A stretch of DNA of 63,635 nt, counting the filler, from Octopus bimaculoides (Eukaryota): the NCBI RefSeq assembly GCF_001194135.2. It is 4 parts of 4 records of this genome, joined end to end, with 100 filler letters (N's around TTAATTAATTAA, not from the genome) between each part and the next. Parts side by side here need not be neighbours in the genome. Positions count along the whole stretch, not along the records: positions 38,010 to 63,635 come from NC_068981.1; 3 more parts are not named here. One strand, 5' to 3'. Below, piece after piece: positions 38,010 to 51,559 of the stretch. A program made the position numbers and the translations under genes. The notes beneath the pieces are model-generated. The model was not told the DNA's origin, made no database searches, and was given only the letters and a program-made list of their open reading frames with translations. Position 1 is the first letter of the stretch; each line of letters opens with the position of its first letter.

Positions 38010-38340
38010 AACTTCCCCAACGTCAAATGGCCCGAAGGTCTCATACTCTCAGGAATGGGAGAGGAAGATCATCATGAGACGACGGACAAAAGTTGCAAAT
38101 CAACTCAACCAGCATCCCAAGAATGGCCAAAGGTCCCGCCTAAAAACGACACTGATGGAGATCGAAAAAAGGCTGCAACAATCCTATGTGAAGGAGAGAG
38201 CAGACAAAGAAGCCTGGGTTATAAAAAACATTAAGTCAAACCCAAAGGCCTTCTTTCATTACGCAAAAGAAACAGCCTCAGTACGCTGCAAGATTGGACC
38301 CCTCTTCGAAAAGGATGGCTCCCTCACAGACAGTCCAAAC
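38010..38340 (+). mobile_element. CR1-like LINE ORF2 fragment
   Basis: IKNIKSNPKAFFHYAKETASVRCKIGPLFEKDGSLT, homologous to RIRTNPRALYKFAKGAATLQGKIGPLFQ at 52898-53263. Confidence 0.85.
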
Positions 38341-41300
38341 CAGTACGTATAAACACACACAGCTGATACACAAAAACATGCGTACACACTTAAGAAAATG
38401 TGCACATAAGTACCCACAAGACGATGCCGATAGGTTTCCTCTACACACACACGGTAGACACAGACGCATGTGCATCAGATATGTACACTCACGCAGACAT
38501 GCAGCAGGTGTACTCATACACAAGCGCACAACGTCAGATGGTGTCGCCTGAGATTCTTACACCATTACTAAGACAGGGAGGGCTCCCCAACATCCTGTTC
38601 AAGCACGTGGTCCGAGAAATACTAAGATGGACTTTTATGTGATGTATCTCATATCGCTCATATTTTAATACCAACATCACCAATACCATGTGACTCACCT
38701 TGATCGACTGAAACCCACACTACACATCAAACTACATATCTCACTATCAAACTGTCTCAACTATCATATGTTATAATAAAACATTTCACCCGGTTTTGGC
38801 TATTTACAACTACAAAACATTGGAAATCCCAGCTTCACTCAATATTAAATTGTATGAAGCTTACATACACGTAGATTATTAACATCAAGAATATCATTCC
38901 ACATACTCTGTGTTGTAAAAAATAATACATTAGAAATAATATCTGTATTCTGACCCATTTTTTTAAAAGTCTCAGTTTCTTGCGCCATGACATGAATTAT
39001 CGACTTCAAGCGTATAGAATAATATTGATGTGAAATGCTTTATCAGTATTAAAGAAAGCATACAAATTAAAATGTCAAATGGTATTTATGAAGAGTGAGA
39101 AATATTCTGCGATATCGAATATGTTGTTTAATTCAGAGCAGTTTACGGAGACAAAGTAAAAGTATAACAGGAATACAATTATTGTAAAGAGGATAAAAAT
39201 AAACACCAAATAAATATACTTATAAGGTATTAATACACGCTTCAGGATATACGGGAAAATTCTCTTAAATTTAATATATATGTTATTATGCGAGAAAGCA
39301 CGATTTCGAATGTCATCACTTCTTTACTGCATCTTTCTTCTTCTTCTTCTTCTTCTTCTTCTTCTTCTTCTTCTTCTTCTTCTTCTTCTTCTTCTTCTTC
39401 TTCTTCTTCTTCTTCTTCTTCTTCTTCTAGTGCCAATGCTACTACTACTACAACTGATTCTACCACTAGTTATTCTTATTTTATGTCTTTGTATTTCTCC
39501 GACTCCGCCAATTTCCTGTCAAGCACTAAGCGGAAGAGAAAAATGAATAAATCTTCGTGGGCGAGAAGAAAATAAACCAATATTTTTACTTGTTCATTAA
39601 GACAGAAACATTTATGGGACAACACAAAACAACATCAAATACCCATGCATCTGTATCAATAAAACCATAAAAGCGTCAACCTTTATCGCAACCCATTGCC
39701 AACAACAACAAGTAAATACGCAAGTACAAGAAATATCACTGACAGAACAGGAAAATCAGTAACGTACACAAACGACAACCACAAAAGAGATTCTCATAAC
39801 CCCAACAAAAAATTCAAAACCAAATACATTACTGACCATTGCACGTTTCCATAATGTGAAGGTTGGGTTGACTCATGGTGCATAACGTAGAAGAAACAAA
39901 TTTAGTTAGGAGGAATGCATGCATTGATGTACTCTTCCATATTTACCATGTGACAGGCTTTTTTGTGCAAAACGAAAGATCATCAAGGAAAAAAAGTTCT
40001 CAATTACCATGGCAAACATTCAAAGTTCGACCGCCAATGTAATTGAATGTAAGACCTTAGGGGAAGCCTAGGATCTGATTCCTCGCTTGCTTTGTACATA
40101 CGTTAGTAATTTATTCTCTCTTTGAGAGATTTAGAAATAATAATGTTTCTATTTATTCTACTTGTTTTCACAAATAATGGCTGTAGACCTAAAAGAAAGA
40201 TGACTAAATTAACCTTTTCAAATCACTAGATAAAGAGGTTATGATAACATGCAAATTCGAGATTTCTGGAAAACCCCGCTCAGAATCAGAATTTATGTCA
40301 GCATCATCCATCAGTGGTTGAGATATCAAGGTATGTTTCTCGACGCGGATGTGTAACACGGTGGCCCTAATATGTATGGTAATCAACGCTATGATCTGAG
40401 ACAAGAGACCGATTATTGTAGAATAGGCAGTAAGCTTTTTGTTTCATTTTCCTTCAACTAACCTGATATATAATTTGAATAAATTCTGCATATTGGTGTG
40501 AGTAACTGAGCTGTATCGTATATGTATACAGAAACTACGTGTGTGTGTGGCTGATAAGAGAGGCCACAAAGAAAACATTCTCATTCAGTTCATACTGTGC
40601 TTATTGCCATACTAGTTGTCTCACAATTACTAACTCAAACTTCTGCCGTTGCACAAAAGCCTACTGGGAAATGGAGATTATATTTTGATGGGTATTTTCT
40701 TCTATTTACGTCAGCGAAGAGAGAAAGAATAGGATTTAAATGATCCATTGAACGGTATGAAATATAAAATAAATATTTTATATAGTAAATACAAGAGCCT
40801 AGCAGGGCTTTTGATGCTGGAAGTTTAATGAGATATTCCTTATATTGCAAAGCTTCAAAATACGGAATTAGCGAGCTGGGTGCCTTCTCAAATGCATTAA
40901 CCAATAACAGTTGGAAATGCGAATGAAACATGCAAATAATGGGAATATGGTCTGTATATTAAAACGCAGCTTAATATTTTCTCCAAGCTGGTCATGTTTC
41001 TTACAGATTAAAGTGTATCCATCACTTGGTTACAGATCACAATCTCCAGATGGAATTAAAGCAAATGATGAACACATGCTTTTTATAGAGATGTGGGTAC
41101 GTTAGGTCCCTCTAGTAAACTTCATCATAGGGCTGACGAGGAGCAAATGTAAATAGAACCCGTTTCAACTTGACTAAAATTTTATATATCAAAAGTATCT
41201 TTAAATCAAATTTTTAGTTTAGCAAGCTTATCTGCCCCATTACTCCGTTAATGTTTGTCTTTGAGAAAACAATTTGCAAAATAGTCATACTAAACAGCGT

Positions 41301-44300
41301 TATATTATAGCTAACATGCGAGAGCTGTGTCAACATATGCAGACTAATTAGTCATGGTATCAGATTCATCCCAAACCGAAGACGTCGGTATCGTAATGGA
41401 GGAATACGGGTTTTCATAAACCCCAGAAAATCAAGCAATCTACATTAAGCAGAAGTTACCTGATTGCTTGTGGTTGGACTCTGAAGTTATTAAGTTGTAG
41501 CGCTTAGGATCTATTTCTATCAAGAATAGAAAATATTTGTGAGTTGCTTACGAAAAGTTTGTTCCTTTTTCCTCACACAAATATGAGCTGGAGAAATTGA
41601 ATACCTGAAAATTTAGTTATGACAGCGACCGACTACACATGTAGCTCATTTAATTTTTTAATGCTAACATCTATGTAGATTGGGCTGTCTTATTGTACGC
41701 ATGCGGAGAAGAAATGCATTGCAGTCATTATCTATAAGGTTTGGTATATAAAGGCTGAAGAAGTGAAGTGAAGCTCTGAGTCTGCCTCATCTGCTTATTT
41801 TTTTCTAGTGAGAATTTGTGATCATTGCTTCTCAAGCATGTTTCCTGAAATTCGTGTCACTGAGGCCGATACACGTTTTGTAAATGTCAAAGAACATTAG
41901 GTTTATTTATATATTGATATGCTAAAACCAAATGTGTCACACTGTCAGGTAAATTGAAGGAAGAGAAGAAGAGAGAGGATGTTTACTGAAAGAAAATTAC
42001 AGTCGACATATCTATCTCCACACATCGATGAATAGAAAATAGAAAGATAGCAGACAAAAACATAGAAAGATAGAGAGAGAGACAGACATACAGACAGACG
42101 AAGTCAGAGAGAAAGACAAAAAGAGACAGAGACACAGAGAGAGCGTTGCAGTGAAATGAAAATAATCACATATTAACTTTGGACCCATCTCCCTTGAATT
42201 ATTCTACAACTAGCTTAACTATGACTCTACTATCAAAGAGGCTATAAATTTAATAATCTTTTATTTTCTTTTTCTAATTTTTTATCTAACATCTCACTTT
42301 TTCTCGTGTGCCAGCATCCTGATTTATACATTTAATAGGCCAAACTGGGAGATATACAAACGGGTACTATGACAGCGGAGAGCTAGCTCGGCTGTTGCCG
42401 AAATATAAGCAAAGGACGATGAATAACAACCAGGATAGTAGCCGAATATTTATGCAGATAGCTGTCCGAATAAATGTATACTGTGAAACAAAGAGCTGGC
42501 TGTGTCACATCTTAACTGCATGAGTTGTACAATTTCGTGTTCTCAGTCATTACTGAGAAGCTAAAGGCCGGTGTTTCGTTTAAACAAGTTATTATTACGT
42601 GATGAAAACAACATAGAAAGAGCCTTTATTTATTCACACCCACCTCTCAATTAGCTGACTCTGACACACACACTGTGTTGTATTGTTTTAGACGGTAATT
42701 TGATAGACAGAGGGAGAGATCCTCCCTTTTGAAGTACCTTATACGTAATGTTGGTGAATAACTAAGTCGGGTCCCCTTCTAACATTCATACAAATATAGT
42801 CCACTATCACCTAGTATCACAAATTACTGAATACTGAATTACTGAATGCAAAAGACTGGCTGTTTTAATTGATATGTATGTCAGACAACTTCAATGTTAC
42901 ACAGTTGTACAATAATATTTACCACTTACAATATGTAAGAAGGCGCATGGCTCAGTAGTTAGGATTTTTGGCTAACAATCATGTGATAGTGAGTTCGATT
43001 CCCCGTTTGGGCTGTTCAATGTTCAAAGGCACAATGCACGTTATAAAACCTGCCTACAGTTATGTCACCAATGCAAGAAAGTTTAAGTAGCTCGTACCTT
43101 TATACTGAATACGTAAAATTCGTATATGTACATTTACTGTGTTTTGACCCCCTTCTTTGTTTGTCAGGGCTATTACTCTCACTACTTCTCCTTTACTGAA
43201 TTACTATTTTGTCGCCTCTCCCTTCACTTATACTACTCTGTCTCCTATNNNNNNNNNNNNNNNNNNNNNNNNNNNNNNNNNNNNNNNNNNNNNNNNNNNN
43301 NNNNNNNNNNNNNNNNNNNNNNNNNNNNNNNNNNNNNNNNNNNNNNNNNNNNNNNNNNNNNNNNNNNNNNNNNNNNNNNNNNNNNNNNNNNNNNNNNNNN
43401 NNNNNNNNNNNNNNNNNNNNNNNNNNNNNNNNNNNNNNNNNNNNNNNNNNNNNNNNNNNNNNNNNNNNNNNNNNNNNNNNNNNNNNNNNNNNNNNNNNNN
43501 NNNNNNNNNNNNNNNNNNNNNNNNNNNNNNNNNNNNNNNNNNNNNNNNNNNNNNNAAGTATAGACAAAACCCTACGCTAATTATTATAATAGGGGATAAT
43601 ATATGCTTCAATTAAAAAATTGACTAATGGAAGATGGAGGAAACCACTGCGAATTAAACACGATATCAATGCTTTCATGACTCGATACGCACAGAATCAC
43701 CCATATAGCCCACACATCCATTTCAGCCAATGTTAATGTAGAGATAATTTGAGACTAGAATATATATTTATAATTTTTTTTAATAATTGCTATAATTATA
43801 TATTATTTATAATATATTTAGCAATTAAAGCGACTAAACCTAAACAATTGACTGAAAAAATAATGCTCCGAACCAACAGTCAATTTTCTGTCAATTGCTT
43901 AGGTTTAGTCGCTTTAAATGGAGCGTATACTATTATAAATGATATACAATTATATATGTATGTGTGAGTATGTGTATGTGTGTGTATGAGTTTGCGTATG
44001 TATCCATGCATTAAAGTATATGTGTGAGTGTGCTTGTGCCCTTTGTGTGTGTGTGTGTCTGTGTGTGTGTGTACGGGTCTATGAGGCTCGCTTTTGTGCG
44101 TTGTTTTTGCGACAAGCCATAAAACTCTTAAATCATGTTATTCCTTCAATAATCCTTGCTAATTCGCATAATTCCAACCTGCAAACTCTGTTGTAGAAAA
44201 AGATATCACACCTAATATAATACACTAAATTGATTATTGCATAAGATTATGGGGCTTGAGATAAGTTGAATTTCTGAAGTTAAAGCATTAGTTTAATTTC

Positions 44301-45200
44301 TTATCGTTTGATTGTTTTGAACGCGTTTATTGTTATTAGGTAATAGTCTCTGTACTCTGCAAAATATATTAAGGCTGTTTACAATGTACCTGAGAGAACA
44401 CTGCTTGTTTCTAACGTCGTTACGACGTTTATACATTAATAAACGTTTTTTTTTACGATTACCATGATCAAATTATTGAAATAGGTTTTTTCTTTCAATA
44501 TCGCACAACTTGTTTGTTTCCATACCGAAGCTGTATTTTTGCAAACGCTTCTCAAATTCATTCCCAGCAAATGTTTTCATTAGAGGAGTTCAAGATATAT
44601 ATCACAGTGCTCACGTGTTTCATTCTCATTTTCTTTTTTTTTTTTTTTTCATTTTTCCACCTCTTTGACGATAATATTGAAGAGAATCTCTTTGATCTTT
44701 GACATCCTGGCTTGGCATATGTCATATTATTGAAGTTATGTCATTGAAACATAGCGAGATTGGTGCGTGCTCATAACAGTTTCATGTTATTGTCGCATAA
44801 TAAATCCGTGCGTGCTTATACATTTAATATGTATATTTTCCAATTTATAGCAAGTACTGGGATATGCTTTTTGGCATATTCCACTTGTTTTGAGGCATGG
44901 GCAGTTGGGAATGAGAAAATCAATAGTTTCTTTATGTTGATACATAGGATGAAAATGGATTCACTAAGTTCGTTCATCTATTTATTTTCGGAATTGCTTC
45001 TTTTTTTCTTGTCTTCCTCTTTGCGCTTGTGTGTGTGTCTGTCTGTCTGTCTGTGTCTGGATTTGTGTGCGCTTGTGTGTCCTTGTGTGTGTACGTATTT
45101 TCATGAAGCTGATTCAAGTCAGCAAATTAGAAATATCTCGTTTTGTATCTCTCCTCCACGGTGTAGAATACATCTTACTCTCTCTACCACCTTGATTATT

Positions 45201-45251
<51 letters not shown>

Positions 45252-45389
45252 CAGAAGAAGTAGTAGAAGGAGGAGGAAGAGGAGGAGAAGAAGAAGAAGA
45301 AGAAGAAGAAGAAGAAGAAGAAGAAGAAGAAGAAGAAGAAGAAGAAGAAGAAGAAGAAGAAGAAGAAGAAGAAGAAGAAGAAGAAGAAA

Positions 45390-46450
45390 CAAATAAATGG
45401 GCTATACCAGTATTGAGATACTCTCCTCACTTTCAGAAGGGGAGGAATATGAGATCAACTTGTAAAGAATATTGTTGAAGCAGAGTGGCTGCGTAAAATC
45501 CAGTATAGGTTAAGAAATATACAAGGTCATCACAATACAAATATAAATATGGTAAAGATAAAATGACACGTAAGTAAAATTCCACACTGGAAGAACTCAG
45601 AACCAAATGGAGTCCAAGGTTTCTGGATGAAGAGACTTAGAGGGCTTGTGAAAATATAGCAGAACAGCTGGATAAGTATTATCGGGAAGGCACTGAACTC
45701 AGCTGGATGAGGAAAGGAAAGACGGTTATGCGTCAAGGATCTTGAAAATGGTAACATTTTACCCAACCTTTGACAGATAATGTATCTTCAACTAATGTCA
45801 GGTGTTTTCACCAGTAAACTGTATGAATACTTAGGAAAAGGTACGCTGCTACCTACTCAACAAAATAGTTGCCGAAAGAAGAGCCGGAGAGTGAAAGATT
45901 AGTTCTTAATTGATGAACTAATCATCGAAGACTTTAAGAGAAGACACGCAAATCTGAGAATAGCATGGATTGATTATCGTAAAGCATGCCATATGATACC
46001 ACATTCTTGGAAAACATGAGCTATGGAAATGTATGGTGTAGCAGAAGACTAATTAAACCTAAAATTGAACAGTACGAAATGGAGTACTGAATTGACAGCA
46101 GGTAGTCAGATAATAGAAATGAAAATTCTGTGGGCTTTCCTAATTCAAACTGAACAGGTGCTTGAGCACAACAAACCCAACATAGTTATGGTGGACAAGG
46201 TGACCTGCATGTACCCTATAATTGATGTTACGTGCCACGAATAGACAGAATGTGAAAAAATATACAAACACAACCCTCTCGACCGTGAGGTAGGAAGAGG
46301 GTGCAGATATGATCAATTTATGTTGGGTCCTTAGGGACGGTATATCAGAAGTCACCAAGAGGATTATAGGAATAGAGTACTATGTAGAACTCTTACAAAT
46401 GGTTTGCCTCCTTGGTTCGGCCATAATAATCAGCACAGTATTATATAGAT
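45390..46450 (+). mobile_element. R4/Dong-like retrotransposon fragments (RT and REL endonuclease)
   Basis: QQNSCRKKSRRVKD*FLIDELIIEDFKRRHANLRIAWIDYRKACHMIPHSW and EHNKPNIVMVDK...IIDVTC; internal deletions. Confidence 0.85.
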
Positions 46451-46639
46451 AAAAAAATAGAACAGATAGCACGGTACGGTAGGTTGTAGGTAATAAACCC
46501 GCTAAGCATGCAAGTTTCCAGGAGTTCCAACAACAGCCGAGTTAAAAGACCGACATAAACCAAAACAACAACTACGATAACGACAAAAACAACGGCGGCG
46601 ACGACAACAACAACAATACTAATAACACGTGTGGAAAAT

Positions 46640-49350
46640 TCCAATGAGACTCGCTCTCTCCGTTACTCTTCGTCATTCCGTTAATCCCTCTGTCAATTAT
46701 ACAGGGAAAATCCAGGGAAACACTGAGAAGTGCAGTAAAATTTAAATTGTCAGGCGTTCCACCAGTGCTCGATATCTGGGTGATAGCGGTATGCATTTTG
46801 CAAGACGATAGCGAAGCTTTCAGGGATATGAAGAGAACTAAGTGTGAGCACTGATTAAGGATCAAATTGAGGATACTTCCCTATGTAAAGCTGGGATATA
46901 TTGAAAAGATCCCCGAACTATTCTCCCATTCGAAAGGAGTAGAATTAAGAGAGACTGTGGAAGGAAGTCAGCTGAGATGTCACATCTGTGGAAATATTGA
47001 GGTACTCAGATTTTTCTGCCACATATCTAAAAGAAGAAAGTGGAAAGGTAGGTATATTGCTTCCGGTATCATCGCTACAAAGATAGCAAGAATCTCCAAC
47101 AGCAAGCAGAATGACTATGCCCTTTTCCAAGTTGTTGTCTTCCAAATGTGGACAAAGAAAAGGAAAAAAAGAATCTGAAAAATAAAAGATAAGGAACAAA
47201 AGGAAGCAACACTAATTTCACATCGAAAACAAACAACACCAAAGCCACAAGTCCACAACACTCTTACCACCTCCACATAGAGGAATGAAAATAAAATTAA
47301 AGAAAAAAAAACGAGAACGGAGCAATCACAAAAGAAACAGGTTAAAAACCAACAGTCAAACACAAATCAATCAAAATCAGAAGAAAAACACCAACTCCAC
47401 CTACAAAAACAAATTACACTCACTTCCAACTTTCTGGTTTTAAGGAAACAAGTGAATTAGTTACCATTGTGGATGTCACAGAGTAGAAGCAAAGAGAGAG
47501 AAGGAGAGATTTTTTTTAAATAAAAGGACAGTGAATGTTCCAATAAGTAGATACAGGGAAATGAGAGCGAGAGTATACTACCTGATATTATGAACTCCAT
47601 CATCACGGCCTTGGTGGAGGCGCAATGCCCCAGTGGTTAGGGCAGTGGACTCGCGATCATAGGATCGCGGTTTCGATTCCCAGACCGGGGGTTGTGAGTG
47701 TTTATTGCGCGAAAACACCTAAAGCACCACGAGGCTCCGGCAGGGGATGGTGGCAAACCCTGCTGTACTCTTTCACCACAACTTTCTCTCACTCTTACTT
47801 CCTGTTTCTGTTGTGCCTGTAATTCAAAAGGTCAGCCCTTGTCACACTGTGTCACACCGAATATCCCTGAGAACAACGTTAAGGATACACGTGTCTGTGG
47901 AGTGCTCAGCCACTTGCACGTTAATTTCACGAGCAGGCTGTTCCGTTGATCGGATCAACTGGAACCCTCAACGTCGTAAGCGACGGAATGCCAAAAACAA
48001 CATCACGGTCTTGAACATACTATTTTAGCATTTCACGCAATGAATCCCGCACAGAGAACGGGTTTTGATTGATCTGATTAACTAAATAATATGATTCAAG
48101 TGGTGACACTCTTTTCTGCTTCCATTCTTTCATACCGACATGGCAGCTTTAAGAGGCGCTCACGTAAATGCGCGTGGCCAGGACTTACCGGAAAAGTGGA
48201 GGTGCCTGGACGATGATCTCCCTTCACTAACAATGGATGTCATAGCTTTCAGTGAGACATGCATATTCGATGCACGTGTTATGTCACGCATTTTTCTTTT
48301 ATGAATTTGAGGACTACTCGTTTCAGCAGATCTGTCATTTTTCGGAAAAACCTTCGATCTACTAAGATCTTCCTAGACCCGATGAATAAGTTGATAATTT
48401 TTAAGTTACAGTGTAGCAATGCGCGACCAGAGGTTGCATATGCCCTATGAAGTGTTGGTCGGTTAGTTTTGTTCAAGTGTATGGACTTTCACTTAGAATT
48501 GTCCTGCTCTTTAATATTAGAGGGAATGTGGTCCACCATTCTGGATGCACATATAAATTGTGTGTAGGTACATGATAGGAGAGAGAAGGCAGAGGATACA
48601 AGTAAAAACCACGTCAAACAGCTCAAAATGTTCCAGCAGTTGGACAGGTAGTTGCTGGATTTCTCGAAAAACCCACTTGGGCATAGTCTAACTATATCAG
48701 GGGTATGTAGATCGTGTCTAGACAACGTATAATGCCGATTTAACATATAAGAATGGCGTAGAGTGTCCACAATTCAAATTAGTTGGCTACATAGACCACA
48801 AAATTGTGATTCGTACGGTCGACACAGACAGGGCTCATAAACAAATACACATATACTGGGAGTTAAATGTGTCTTTCTCAGTGCGCTAAGCTTTTAGTGT
48901 CTAGAGTACAGAGATACATACGCTCGAATTCACGGAGCAATTGCCAACAAATTGTCGGTTAGTTCTGAAAAGGATTATTAGAGCTAGAGGAGGAGATTTA
49001 ATAAATCAAACTAGTGGTAGAGGTTTACACAGATGTTAGAGCGAATTACTCACCTAAAAGAAGCACTAATTGCATTACGAATCGAGTGATAGTTGCTATT
49101 GGACAAATTATTCAATGCGACCAATTACTTAAAGTGAAATAAAAAGATTGCGTTATGAGAGCTAAGCTATGTGCTCTAAGGTATGAGTAAACGAAATATG
49201 CTCGATGGGCCTGGCTATCTGAGGTATAACCTGACAATAAATTTACCATTCGATCTTTGACGAATAGCGAAGGACACAGGGTGCTCAACTCCAAACGGAA
49301 ATGTGATGGATTTCGATAGCATTTCTCTGAAAAGTCTGTAATAAGAGACA
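46640..49350 (+). mobile_element. L1/Tx1-like LINE remnant (ORF1 zinc knuckle and ORF2 AP endonuclease), split by a SINE
   Basis: ORF1-like GSQLRCHICGN. ORF2-like HVNARG...MDVIAFSET, IFLDP...VAYA, SGYVDRV, GYIDHKIV, YWELNVS, CVMRAKLCAL. Multiple stops and frameshifts. Confidence 0.75.
47614..47995 (+). mobile_element. tRNA-derived SINE, third family, inserted in the Tx1-like LINE
   Basis: tRNA-like head ggcgcaatgccccagtggttagggcagtggactcg...ggtttcgattccc followed by ~300 bp of non-tRNA body. Confidence 0.85.
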
Positions 49351-51559
49351 GGTATATTATTGAACTCGCTATGAGGGTACCTAATTATCTGTCTGAAAGC
49401 CGGTATGTCCCGGTCTATCCATTTAATGTATTTTCTCTATAAATATTTCTTGAGCGTGGGTTGCTCATTTTCGTTTACTTGATACTTTCTTCTCCTATAG
49501 TCCGAAATCTATTTTCATAAATGTTTTGAAAACAACTTGCACACGCAAGCGCTACCAGTCGAAAGTTCCGCATACCGGAAGCCAGCATGTGTATGGGGTC
49601 ATCCGAAGAGAACGCGCTCCGTTTCGGGGCCTACCTCTCGATGGCATCATTGCGTACCAGGCTAGATCAACTGGTTATCTTTAAAAACTTCTATCTAAAT
49701 TCCGCAATAATGCTCCTAAACCAAGACAATTTTTTAATTAATTTGTTGGCTGTGAAAGCTTTTTAATTATTACTTGATACAGTTAAGTTTGAAAATTTCA
49801 ATTCATCTCTAACAGTTATCTCATTGGTGTTTTGTAGCAGTGTGAATTGTGTCGGTTATTGAATTGTGTGGAGAGTGTTGTGTTATCAAATGTTTTGTGT
49901 TGTCTTGTAGAGTGTTTTTATTCCTTTCTACAGCGTGTTGTGCTATGTTGTGTTGCTCTGATGTTCTGTTCTGTCGAAGTCTTTATTGTATCTTGTCGTC
50001 GAGTAGGCTATGATTTAATAACTAAGGGAATATTGATATTTTCTTGTTCTGCTAAAGGTACTCATTTATTGTTTGTTTGTTGTTTTTAAGTTTCTTTGTA
50101 TCACTGATTGCATGAGATTCATATGTAAGCAAATTTCGGATTGTTTCAATTCAATGCAATTATCCGAAAGATTTAGTTTCACTAGGAGAAAAGATTTTAT
50201 AAATATTTCAACTTTTGTCTAGCTAGGTTATTTGCTGTTGTTATTTTGATCGTAATAAAATGAAATTCTCCATCGACATGTGGTACCGTATGTGTGATTG
50301 GCATAGCCAAATTCCCACCATAGATATTGTTCGATTTTAAATACTTTGGGAATCACCATACCATAATATATGGAGCAACGGTAAGTATATTGCATATATA
50401 AAAGCTTGATTAATATTCCTATTGTACAGATTCTAGAAGCTTTCCATATCAATAGTCACCATATCTGCAATAGTTGTAGCATAAATGTTTAGAGTCGTGG
50501 GTGAATAAAACAAAGGGATAAAATGAATATGATGCAATAAAATGAAAATTTAAATTCACAGCAAAACAAGATCTTTGATTATGGCAAAGATGCCATTGGC
50601 AATCTTCCAGATAATTATTTGAGTTAATAACAATTTTGAAAATTACTCTCTTTCTCTGAACCATATACTTTTTCTAAAATAGTATTGAGGTCACAAACAG
50701 TGTTTTGACAACTAAACATTCATATTGACATATCATTCTTCGTGTCAATTATTTCCGTTTCAATTACCACAACAATGCTTCCCCAGCCCCAGATTTTAAA
50801 TTTTTTCTCTTATTTACATTTTTTTGAGGCTGTTTTTCGTTGAATATCTCGTGTGAGATTAATCAAGAGAAAATTCATAAAGACACTTACATCACTACTA
50901 CTTTTTACAGGACTTTTATTACGCGTCGTCTCTTAATCACGTGCAGCAGCTGTTGACACATTCAATGCGACAAAGTTTTGTTACTGTATGTTGTAACTGT
51001 TTTAAGAGTACGTAATGTAGCATGTGTTAAATGACTTTTTAGAGTGATTTTTGTATTATATTAATCTTTTGTTCTTTTGTTCTTTTGCTCGTTTCATCCA
51101 TGCAGCTGCGGTCATACTGGAGCACCACTGTGGTCTTTCTGATTTCCTCAGACTGGGGCGTTTCACATCGTCAATCCTGTATGTGTCTTTGTCCAAGGTG
51201 TAGGCCCATTTGGTGTATTAGGGCGTTTGATTCTGCTGCACTTGTCTGCATCTCATGTAGGGGCGTTCGTTCATCCTGTATTATGCAGAGGAGGATGACT
51301 ATCGCTATTTGCAGGTATCTACTTCCATCTTATGCAGAGTTCTTAATTTGTTTGGCAGGGGATTGAATCCTAGACTATTGAAGTACCCGGTCGTGATTTA
51401 GAGGGGGCGGATGGTACTTTTCGTACAATACAATAGCGGCCAGTTCTGGCATTTGTATAACACTCAATGCCGAAATTAGGTGTCAGCCCCTCTAGAATTG
51501 TCCATATATATATATAATAGCATATCTCTCACACTTTCGCTTCAGGGAGTTTTCTCAAT

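Noticed and set aside
39242-39575. Poly-Glu/Ser/Leu/Arg/Asn ORFs (also at 35145-35737 and 45114-45392)
   Set aside because: Translations of AAG and AAT microsatellites with no coding context or splice support.
47614-47690. tRNA gene
   Set aside because: Acceptor stem does not close and the sequence runs into a SINE body; same for the other tRNA-like heads.
50200-50680. Penelope RT remnant
   Set aside because: Only vague motif resemblance across several frames; not supportable without a search.
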